Shown here: in pieces, positions 1-12,000 of the stretch | Layout: each line of letters begins with the position of its first letter | Position numbering within the stretch: position 1 is the first letter of the stretch | The notes under the pieces: model-generated | What the model saw: only the letters and a program-made list of their open reading frames with translations | The model's database searches: none | What the model was told of the DNA's origin: nothing | Program-made: the position numbers and the translations under genes | Virus record (IMG/VR): IMGVR_UViG_3300036846_000162 | Span: 1 to 54,904 of that record | Length of the DNA: 54,904 bases | Direction: 5' to 3' (one strand) | Origin: a virus | Lineage: Duplodnaviria; Caudoviricetes

Positions 1-3000
1 GCTAGACAAACCTTTGACCAAACAAAGGAAGAGTTAGCAGGTCTTGTTAATCCTGATGGTACTAGGAAATATACTGACCAGCAGGTAGATCAGTTCTCAA
101 GAGCAGGAGCAGAGAAGGATTTCCATTACAATATGGCTATGCTACCTCTAGATATATTATCCTATTCAGCTATGACCTTTAACCCTATCTCTGGAGAGGC
201 AGAAGGTATGATGGAGAGAGGACTTGAGAAGCTAGCAGGTCTTTATGGTGAGTCTAAGCTAGGTAAGGCAGCAGGATGGTTAACTACTAAGTCTCTTGCA
301 CTGCAATCAGAAGGTATAGAAGAAGGTTTTCAGGACTTTGCACAGAAGGAAGGACAGCACTATGCAGAAGTATTAGGAGGTATGGATGATGGTAAGAGCT
401 TTAGTCAAAGACTAGGAGCAGAGGTATCAGGTTCAGACTTCTGGAATAACTATTTAGGAGGTGTAATAGGAGAACCTCTTGTAGGTGGTATAATGGAGGC
501 AGTCAATAGGACAGAGAGAGGACTAAAACAGAAAGCTATTAACTCAGTATATCAAAAGTTTACTTCCAATGTAGGCAAGTTAGACAATGATACAGCCGTT
601 AAGATTAAACAGCTACAGGCAGCAGGTAATGATATACAGGCAGCTAATATGAGGATGAACTTTAATGTTAACAAGACATTAAAGGCTCTTATGATGGACT
701 CTGTTTCTAATAGGGATGAAGCATACAATGCTCACATGGCTAACAGACAGGGATTACTTGCTGAGTTAGAAAATGGTAAGACTGATGGTCTAATAGACCT
801 AGGACATCCTGATTCTACTGAAGCTAGTAGAGACATTATTAAGAGTGAGCTTAAGCAGCAGATAGCAGACAGTGCTACAATAAAGAACATCTATGATGAT
901 GTTAAGAGTAAGTACAATAGGAACTTTGTAATGAAAGTAACATCACAGAAGTTCTACCTTCAGAGGATGCTTGAGGAGATGCCTGATATAGATAAGTCTA
1001 TTAGGGATGCCTACTCTAATGATGCCAATTACAATAGTCTATCTGCTCATGGCAAACAGTTAGCTGATACACAATATCAACTTGCAGCTCTCAAGAACTA
1101 CAAGAATAACCTATCAGAAAATATAAAGTACACTACAGATGTAGATGAGAAGCAGCATAGGGAGGATATGTTGGATAACATTAACAAGAGGATAGATGAT
1201 CTAGTTAATACACATGAACAGATACAGGAAGATGAGAACTATAATGATAAGGATAAGGAAAGTGACAATGCTGCCTTAACAGAGATGCATATAAACCCTA
1301 ATAAGGATCTATTCTGGGGGTTATCTAACAAGGTAGAAGGAGATGGAGAAATACAACTGGGAAGGAAAGACTTAGCTCTATGGGGTAAGGATGAGTATGT
1401 AGAAAGGGCTAGAAACAAAGTATTTGATAATGCTCTAGTAGAGTCTGAGATAACTGATGCTATGCAGGAGATTAAATCTTCTAAGATTAGTATGTTTGAG
1501 AAGATAGGACAGAAGGGCAAGGTAGCAGTAAGAGCTGTCACCAGTAAGATTACTAGTGGACAGAGAGCAAGAGCAGAGGCAAGAGCAGAACAGATAAAGG
1601 TAGAGCAAGCTGAGACAGCTAAGAAGAATCAGATAGTTACAGATACAGCAGATGAACTCAAAGATAAAGAGAATAATCCAGTAGAAGAAAGTGAGTATAC
1701 TGCTAACCTAGTTCAGTTAGCTGACATGTTAGGCTCAGTAGATATGGCTCATGTAGATACAGCATCTGCACCACCACCATTATCAGACGTACTGAATGCT
1801 CCAGGAGCAGTAATGACATTCTCTTTATCACCCTCTGTAAAGGATGCAGATGGAAAGGAAGCAACTCAAGAACAGAAGAATAGTATAAGAGATCAGGTAG
1901 CAGGACTAATAAATAGGATGGGTAATCCTACAGGCAACTTTGAAGACCTAGCAAGAGATGTATTAAAGAAGGATGGAGAGGCTACTACTAAACATGTTTG
2001 GAACTTACTTGCCTATGGTTGGGAGGCTAATGGTAAAGCACCTGCTGACTACAACGCTATATACAACTCTATCTTTAGTAACCATGTAGCAGAACTAGTA
2101 AGGATACAAAAGGAATTGACAGAACAAGGCTCTAAAGCACAGGAATTAGTAGATCAAAATCAATGGGAGGAATCGGGGATAGTAAATAGTTTTAATCCAC
2201 CAGGAGAAGGAGGTACTACAGGACAGTCACATACATATAATACAGGAGTAACTAGTAGATCAGATCCTAAAGGACAGTTTTCTACTTTCATGGTTCATAC
2301 TAAGGTAACAGAGACACAGGATGGTAAGGAAGTACTAGTAGATAGACACTTTACTGGAGCTGAGGGTATGAATAACAAGTGGATTAATAGTGCAGTATTA
2401 CTAGGGGATAAGTCCAGACCAGGAATGAAAACTATTATTAAAGTACCAAAGGATTACAACTCAGTTCCAGTAGCGGTATTTGGTACTGATGGAAACTATG
2501 TTACCTTTATACCATTTGGACAGTATATAAGTGAGAGATTTCCTGTCGATAGAAATACATGGACTGCAGAACAAGAGCAGGAGTATAGAGATAAGCTACC
2601 TATGATACACTATCCTGTAGGATTTGATAATGGTGGTAAGGGTATAATGCAGGTACATGATACAGGATGGTACCATAAAGTTAGATTTGATGAGGGTAGT
2701 CCAGAGGAGATGCAGAAAGCTATAGAAAATGTAAGAGCCATAAGAGAAGAAGTTATAGCTAGTTGGGATAATGATAAAGGTAAGAATGAAGTACCAGCTA
2801 CAGTGACTAATGTTATACAGACTACATTTGATCCTCTTAAGATAGTTGTAGGAGGTGGGGTACAAGGTATGACTTTAATGGAAGCTAATCCTGAGACTAC
2901 TCTAGGACTAGTAATGGATAGTTTAGACTCTAAGGACATAATCATAAAACCAGGAGAGAAGTTTCATAGTAGTGATAGGATACTTCTAAACTCTAAGCCA

Positions 3001-6000
3001 CAGGATGCTATAGGTAGGATAGTAGATATAAGAAAGTTTGGGATGAAGGATGGAGTACCTACGTATGTAGCATTCAAGGTTACTAGACCTAAGCTAGGTA
3101 AGGAGGCAAAGACTACAGTACAACAGCTATTACAGTACTGGGCTACAAGAAAGAGTGGTAACAAAGATGTAAGAGATAAGAATAATAAGATAAAACAAGC
3201 AGTAGAAGGATTATCAGGCTTCGATTTGAGTGTATTAAACACAGGATTTGACTTTAATTCTTACCTATCACATTTCGTCTATGTAGATACTTTAAGTAAG
3301 AAGGTTAAAGGGGCAGTAAGAGAGACACAAGATGTAGCCAAAGCTATACACAAAATAGCTACAGATACATTACCAGTGGGAACTCCTTACATGCAGTCAG
3401 AAAAGTATAGGATAATAATAGGACAGGCAGGTATAGGAGAGACAGGTACAGAGTTATGGTCTAAGGAGAATGATGCTGCTCAAGAGGCAGAGATGATGAA
3501 GAACCTTGACAAGCTAAAGAATACTCCAGTAACTATACCTGAAAAGAGAAGAAGCCCAGATGGAACAGAAGGAGTAGTTCAAACCAAGTACAACTCTATC
3601 TTTGATTGGTATGAACAGAACCTTAACATGAAGAATATAGCTAAGAATAGGGCTATAGTACATATCAATGAGGAAGGTAAGGCAAGTCAGGCACCAGGAG
3701 GAGCCACATATACAGACTACCTTAAGAATAATCTTAGGACTAATGTTAAGTCACTAAACATAGGTACAGCAGAGAAACCTGAGTGGGTCACTAATGCACA
3801 GCCTACTGTTACATACGAGACAGACTCAAGATTGAAGAAGATGGCTGATAGAAGTAAGTCTGATGCTCAGGTAAAAAAGGATATAGTAGATTCAGAAGAA
3901 AAGAAACCAACAAGAGGAACTAAGTTGGATGATGCCTTAGCAACAGCTAGAACTAAAGCACTAAACGAACAACTATCTGATCTGGAAGCTAGATATTATG
4001 ACTTACCAGAGGGATTATCAGAAAATGAAAAGGCAGACATAAATGATAGGATTGAAAATGGTGATAAAGAAGCTATTAAAAAGTATACTAAAAGGATACT
4101 TAATAGTGAGGACTTAAAAAAAGCTCAGGAAGCCTATGATAAAGGCAACTTTGTAATGGATGAAGATGGTGAAACATCACCTAAAGACTTGGAAGCAGCA
4201 GCACTTAGGAATGCATCTATGGTAACTGTAGGTAATACTGATATGGAGTATGACTCACCAGAAGATTTATTCAAGGAGTATAGGAATGGTGATGTAGAGC
4301 CAGACTTTATGGAAGCAGCAGAGGAAAGATTGAAGGAGTATGGACTATTACATTTAGTAAACTATAATCCTAATCAGCTAGAACTCTTTGGAGAAGAAGA
4401 AGGTCAAGCTAAGCCTACAACAGAGACAGAAGTAAAGAAAGAAGAAGAAGAGGAAAGTCCAGAGGATTTCCTCAAAAGGATGAATGACTTCACTAAGAAT
4501 GATGGAGGTATAAATGGAGCATTACTATCACCTACAGTAATGACTGATGCTCAGGCAAAGGTAGTAGAAAATAGTCTTACTAAGATAGCAGGACTAAGCC
4601 CTCAAGAACAGTTTGAAACTCTTGATTTCCTATCCAATGAGATAATACCTACAATAGAAGCTAATGGAGGTGACATAAGTAAAGCTGAGGTAGATAAGAT
4701 AGTGCAGGATAGGTTCAATGAGTTGTTAGGAGAAAGAGCAAAGGTAGCAGAGGCAGAAATAAAGAAGGCAATAGCCTATGCTGAAAAGTATCCTGATAAA
4801 GCTCAAGCTTTTAATCAGATGATAGCTAGGTTACAGAATACTATTACTAAGATTAGTGATGTAGGTGCTTCTATGGATAAGCTGATGGAGTTAGCTTATA
4901 GAGAAGCAAAGAAGAGTAGTAATATAAAGATGACTAAGGAGAGATTACAGGATAGTATAGAAGATGATGAGGATAGAGATGAGTCAGGAACAGATGATGG
5001 TGAAAGTGAAGAAAAAAGGGAAAGAGCTTTTGGTAGTGAGATACTTTCAGAGAATCCAGAAAACAAGGTTACAAAGAAGATGAGAAGATTCTTTGCAAGG
5101 GTTATTGATACAGAGGCTGATGGTACTAAGAAGCAGGGTGTATTTAATCTTCCTGTCTATGTTAACAAGGATGTCATAGTTAGTTTCCTTCAGAAGATGC
5201 TAGCTGATACACCACCATCATTTGATGCTAAGATGGGTAAGTTGGCTACTCTAGTAGAGACAGTACCATGGATACAAGAGATTATAGATAGGCTTAAGAA
5301 TACTAGTGAGGCTAACAAGAAGGTATTCACAGTATGTATGGACAATAGTACCACGCATATGAGCTTTGCCCTAGTAGGTTTCAATAAGAAGACAAAGAGA
5401 TGGTACTCAAAAGTAAAGAGTACTATATCAGCAGGAGCAGTAGAGAGTTTACGAGATGGATGGAGACAAAATTTTATGTCTGACTCCAGCCTAGTACAGA
5501 ATGATGCAGAGGGAGACCCAAGGATAGTAACAGATAAGGCTAATCAGCTAATACAGAAGTATAGGGATTGGAAGGGATACGATTTACCTACCATGAACGC
5601 TAGCTATGAGGACTTCTGGAAGAAGGGTATTGAAACACTCAAGAAACCTAATGAGAGTCTCAACATAGTACCTAAAGGAGCTATGCTAGACGAGTTAAAG
5701 TCTAAGCTAAAGGAAGGTGAGAAGGGTAAGGTAAGTATCAAGGCTGGTAGCTATATCATTAAGGATATGGGAAAGGGTATGTACAATATAAGAAGAGAGT
5801 CAGAGATGATAGGAGATACCAAAGGAGAGACTATGACTAGGATGGATGAGTTCCTTAGAGCTTTCGGTATCACAGTCAAGCCACAGACATTAGCTACTTT
5901 GTATGACAATGGACTATACCATAACACTAGGAGAATAAGCCCAGGTGGACTGTTCTATTCAGGAGGTGCTGATAAGGCAGGTAAAACTAATGGTCTATTT

Positions 6001-9000
6001 GGTGTGCTTTATAACAACCTTATTAGTCTAGCTAAGAACCCTGATACAATTCTCGATGAGGACAGCCAATCACCTTTAGATGATACAGTAATAGAGTCTC
6101 TTGCCAACCTAGATGCAAGGTACAGGTCTGATGTAGGACCAAAGGCTTTTAGAGATGGTGGAGAGAACTACTACACGGTAACAGCTAGAAAGTATATCAC
6201 TGATAGGGCTATTGATCTAGTAGGAGAAGACTCAGAAATGAGAGATACATTGGCTAAAATGTCATTCTCACAACACTCTTTTCTTTTGAGTTTACTTTCT
6301 GACGATGCAGACACTAAGGCTAAGATAGATAAGATAAGAGCTAAGTTACAGACAGAACAAACAGCAGAGAATAGAAAGCAGTTAGAAGCTGACCTTGAAA
6401 ATGCTATTAAGAATACCTTTAGAGGTAAGTTCAAGATAGCTCACTTAGGTAAGACTGCAATTAAACAGCAGGGTAAAAAAAGAATGGGGGATAACTCTAT
6501 ATCAGCAATATCAGAAGTAAGTCATGAGATGGCTAAGATGGGATTCTTCTCTGATATGACTCAGGGTAGTGTGAAGAACAACATGGGATTAAATAACTAT
6601 CCAGATTCTACCATACCTATACGAGTAGGTACTATGTTTAGTCCTACTATGTCTGATAAGACCATGATGACTCTCTTAACTACAGCCTTACTAGACCTAG
6701 GTAGAGAGCATTTGATGGGAGACAATGGACAAATGTCTCAACAACTTGTAAACATTATTTACAGTCAGGTAGTCAAGCCAGAGATAGCTAGGATGTTAGG
6801 AAGAGCATCAGCTAAGGCTAGCAATGTAGAGAACTATGATGAAGGAGCATTCAAGTTCTACTTCCTCACTAACCTTAATGACCTTACCTATGGAGAAGCT
6901 AAACTAACAAACCTACTTAGGACTAGTGATACATTCACCACTCTAGAGTCAGTAGAGAATGATAGTACCATAATGAATGCAATACATCAGTCTATAAGAG
7001 ACTACGTAGAGAAGCTATCTAATGATAAGGTAGCTAAGTGGGATAAGATGGATAACTTAACCAAGTACTTTGATGCTGACTATGTAAACAATGAAAAGTT
7101 TGAGGGTACTGATGTTGAGAAGAAGAAACAGATGGCTATGGATTATGTTATCAATAGTATGATCTCTACTGCCAACTCCTTTATGCTATTTGGAGGAGAC
7201 CCTGCTATGTACTATAAGGATAACATAAACAAGAGTCTTATCAATATAGGTAAGAGGCTTGCTAATCAGATAGCACCAGGAGCAGCAATAGCTGAGTCAG
7301 TAGGAGATAGATACATACAGCTATTCCTTAAGGATAGGAAGTCAGTTGCAGGTAATATTGCCTATATCAATAAGCTATATGGTGAGGGTTCTTATGAGGC
7401 TAAACAGTATTCATCTATAGAAGCTAGTGATGCTCAGGAGTATACTACATGGAAGGAACACTTAGATGTGCTTTCAAGACTAGGTAAGACTAATGACTAC
7501 CTTCTCGATGTATCACAGGAGGATATAGATGAAGCAGGTAAGTTGTTTGCTGACCCAGATAAGTATCCAGAAGAAAGCTGGACAGAGAAACAGAGGGAGA
7601 TTGTTAATAAAGTAACACAACCCATGAAGCCTGTATATACATATCAGATACCAGATATGGAAGGAGACTTCATGAGGACAGTATACATTAAGTCAAGTTC
7701 ATTTCCACTTGTACCACAGCTTACTAAGGGAATGCACATAGATAAACTCAGAATAAAGATGGAGCAACTACAGGCTCCAGCAGAGAAGGGTGGGCTAGGT
7801 AAGAATGTAAGAGCTTCCTATGGTACTGCTAACAAGGTAGGTGCTATTACTAACCCTTCTACTATATGGAAGAAGGATGGTAGCATTGATGAGGATGCTT
7901 TAGATAAGATAGGAGAATCCTCTCTTGAGATGAGAAGGGAAGGCTTCAGAATACAGCAAGACATTCCATTCAAGACAGAAAAGAATAGAGAGGATAGAGT
8001 GACATTAGGAACTCAAATGATGAAGTTACTCTTTGGGGATGAGATTATAAATGCTACTGGTTTCAACTACAAGGGAGAGCCTATGGATGGTAGGGCTTTA
8101 CACCAACAGTACACAGACACTATTAGTAAGTTTGTTGACCTTAAGCAGAAGCAATTATTTGATGAGCTAGGTTTAGATAAGATAGGAGAGCCTATAGATA
8201 AAGTAAAGACATTCGGTAAGCTACAGAAGATGCTTCAGGAAGAAGCGGACAAGAGAGATTATCCTCTACAAGACATAGAGGGGTTAAAGCTAATACAGAA
8301 TCCTGATGGAACTCATAGCTTTAACCTACCTCTATGGATATCTACCAGTAGTAATAGGTATGAGTCTATGCTTAACTCCATCGTTACTAATAGGATGGTA
8401 AAGATTAAAATGCCAGGAGCAGGATATGTAGTAGGTAGTCCAGAGGGTTTTATAAGAGAAAAGGTAGCAGAGGAAGACATTGATAAAGTACTTACTCCAG
8501 AACAGAGGTCACAGATAATCTTTACTAGTGCTTGGAATAATAAAGAGTTACAAGGACAGACAGAGGAGATGAAAGATGGTAAGACTAAGATAAAGAAGGC
8601 ACAGATATTTGTAGCTTCTAAGTTAAGGACACCTGGAGGAGACTTAGTAGACCTATTCCAGAAGAAGGATGGCAAGTACGTGTATCTCAAGGAGACAAAC
8701 AGAGGCTTCGAACTAAATGAAGATATGTTTGATAAGGATGTATTATCTATGTTCACATTCCGTATCCCAAGTTCGGGCTTACAGTCAGGTACCAGTGTAG
8801 AGATAGCAGGGTTCTTACCTCATAGCGTAGGAGATCTAATGATAGTACCCTCTAATTTCACTAAGCAGAAAGGTCTAGACTTTGATGTAGATAAGGAGCA
8901 AGGTTATAGCTACTGGACTCACACTGATAAGGATGGTAAGATATTAAGACTTAGAGAAGAACATAGGAATAGGATACTAAAGGAAGTTGACGATGAACTT

Positions 9001-12000
9001 AAAAAAGGTAAGACAGGAGAGTTAATAGCTAAGTATAAGGAGGCTAAAGGAATAGAAAAAAATAGAGCTAAGAAGGTATTAGACCAGTATATAGCTTCAA
9101 GTAAGTTTATTAACTCATTATTCCCTGATGGTATTAAGTACACAGAAGAGGACTTTGAAAACAATAAGTTCTTAGCCAATATTAATGACCAGATAACAGA
9201 GAAGTTATTACAGAATGACATAATAGAAGTAATGCACTCTGTATACTCTAATGATAATCCTAACCTCCAAAGGAAGATGAATAAGGTTCTTAACACTAAG
9301 GAGGCAGAGGGTGAAGCAGACTATATACAGGGCTTACAAGGACAGACTCAAGCTAAAGGAGTGTCTTATGATACTATCCTTTCAGATGAATACCAGAAGG
9401 GTAAGTTAATGTCAGGTAGTAGTGGTAAAACAGGCACAGGAGCATACTCATTAGACCTAGTATTCCACTCACTATTACAGCAGGCATATGATAAGAGTAG
9501 TAAGGATAATGTAAGACTACAGAAGTATGGTAAAAATAAGACTGCCACAGCCTTTGCTATGAGATTTGGTAGAGTTAGTTCTGATGGTACATTTGGTAGG
9601 CATAGGACATTAGGTGTTGATGGTAGAGATGGAGATAGGAGTATTACAGAAGGGCTGAGTGAGAGACAGAATATGGCTGTTGATAATGAGAAGCTACAAA
9701 TTATGGGTTTACTAGGAGTAGATAAAGAAACCATGATAGTAGACAAGGTACTCAGCTTATTAGGGTTTGATAAAGGAGAAGATGGACATAATATATCATT
9801 CCTATTCCTATCACAGCCAGTAATAAAGAGGTTCAATGAGCTGTTAAGAAATGCCAATTCAGTAGTAGCTAAGTTTGACCCTAATGTAGAGCAGAAGATA
9901 CTCACAAAGATAATGGGTGAGTTTAACTTTAGGATGAGTGATATGGGTATTGATAAGTCAGCTCAAATGTCGACAGAGAATATGGGTAAGGCTATATCAG
10001 ATGGTGGTGTAGATGGTGGACTACAAGCAGCAGTACTTAAAAGGTTCATAGAGTTAAGAGCTTATGGCTATGCTATGATGAAAGCACAGTCTACTCTAAA
10101 CTTTAAGAACAATAGTCTAGGTAGATCATATTTTGAAGTACTCGATAAGAATGAAAACTTAGGTAACCTCTTAAATATAGAAGCAAAAGACCCTGGTACA
10201 AAGAGCAGTCTAGGTACTATCAGTAACCTAGATAGGTTGGTAGGGGAGTATAATACATCTGGAGGAGAAGGGTTTATAAAGGTAGGGGGAGACTCTTACA
10301 TTAAGCCTACTACCTATATAGGTAAGATGAATGTAATGTCTACTGTTACAGCTGTTAATCTATGGTCAGATTACTTCCCTTACAATAGCTTTAGTATGAG
10401 ACGTCTCTTTGATGAGATAATACCACAGGTAGGTAATGGAGATAACATGTCGGCTACTAAAAAGGTAGAGTTAAAGCAGGAGATATTCAGGCATTTAAAG
10501 AAGTATCTTAATACAGGTGATACAGGTATAGTAGGTAGTAGTGACAATGTTAATGCTGAAAGGTTTAGATTAATGATGGATAGTAATGGTAACACATCAC
10601 TATCTTCTTATGTTAAAGCATTAATGCAGTCAGAAGATCCTATTGTTAAACACTACATTAAAAGTAATAAGTTATTCGAGAGGTTAACGTTCACTAAGGG
10701 AGATACTACTAAGCCCTCTACCATAATGTATAATAATGCAGCAGGTGAAGAGTATGATGAAGAGTATCTGTACCAGACCTTTAGCTCTATGTTAGCAGCT
10801 AGGGATAAAGATGGCAATAGAATAAAGCTACCACCTATAGGTAATAAAGAGTACACAGTGGATACTCTAGCACAAGATATGGTAGCATACTCTATGTTAG
10901 CAGCATCTACACAGCAAGCTACAGAGTTTGTGAAGTATGTACCAATGGCATACCTTGAAGCCATAGGATATACTCAAAAGATGAGAGATCTTAATGATAG
11001 CTTTGATAATATGGATACTGGACAGATATTAGTAGGAGAGCAAGGACCTAATGGAGAGAAGAATGCAGTATCAGCATTTACTATGCAGTATCTACAACAT
11101 AATCCAAATAGGGTTAAGTACAAAGTAGACATTGATGATGTAGGTACAGAGTTAGAAGGGATAAAACTTAATAAAGATAGTCAGGAGATAGAGAGTTTTA
11201 CTGCTCTTTCATCACAGGATACACCTGACTTTGTATCTATCTATAATCCTAACATAAGAGGTGAGAAGAAGTTTATGCTCTTCTATAATGATGGTAATAA
11301 GTATGTAAGGATATCAGTATTGGGTACCTATAACATGGATGAATATGATGCTAGGAATAATGGTATAGGTAATACTATAATGAGCTTACAAACCAATAAT
11401 GTAGCACAGTTCTATCCTGCTAGAAGAACACAGACTCAGACTTTCCAAGAAACAGGAGATAGATTTGGTGTGAGTTCAAATGATGTAAGCACAGTAGTAG
11501 GTAATATTGTTAACAGTGAGCTAGGTAATATGTCTGCATTAGCAGCAGAGTTATCACCACATATAAGTAGTATCAATGGCATACAGTATGCTGATACCTA
11601 TACAGATCATACAGGAAAGGTGATAACAAACTTTGATGGTGTGTATGATTACATTGATAACAAGATATATATATCATCAAAGACTAGTCCTAAGATGACT
11701 GTAGATGTCTTAGCAAGTAAGGTAATGCATGAGGTAGTACATGGAGTTACCATGAATCAGTTCCAGAAGTATATAGAAAGGAAGGAAGCTAATGGTGAGG
11801 TTAAGTTAACAGCAGATGCTCCTATTTATGTACAGAATATAGCCAGGATATACAACCAGCTAAGAGCTGAAGAGGGAGATGCTAAGTTAGCAGCCGTAAG
11901 AGCTAAAGTAGGTAAGCAAGACCTTACTGGTGATGAGTACAACACCTATGGACTCACAGATATTAATGAGTTTATGACTATGGCTCTTACACATAAGGAC

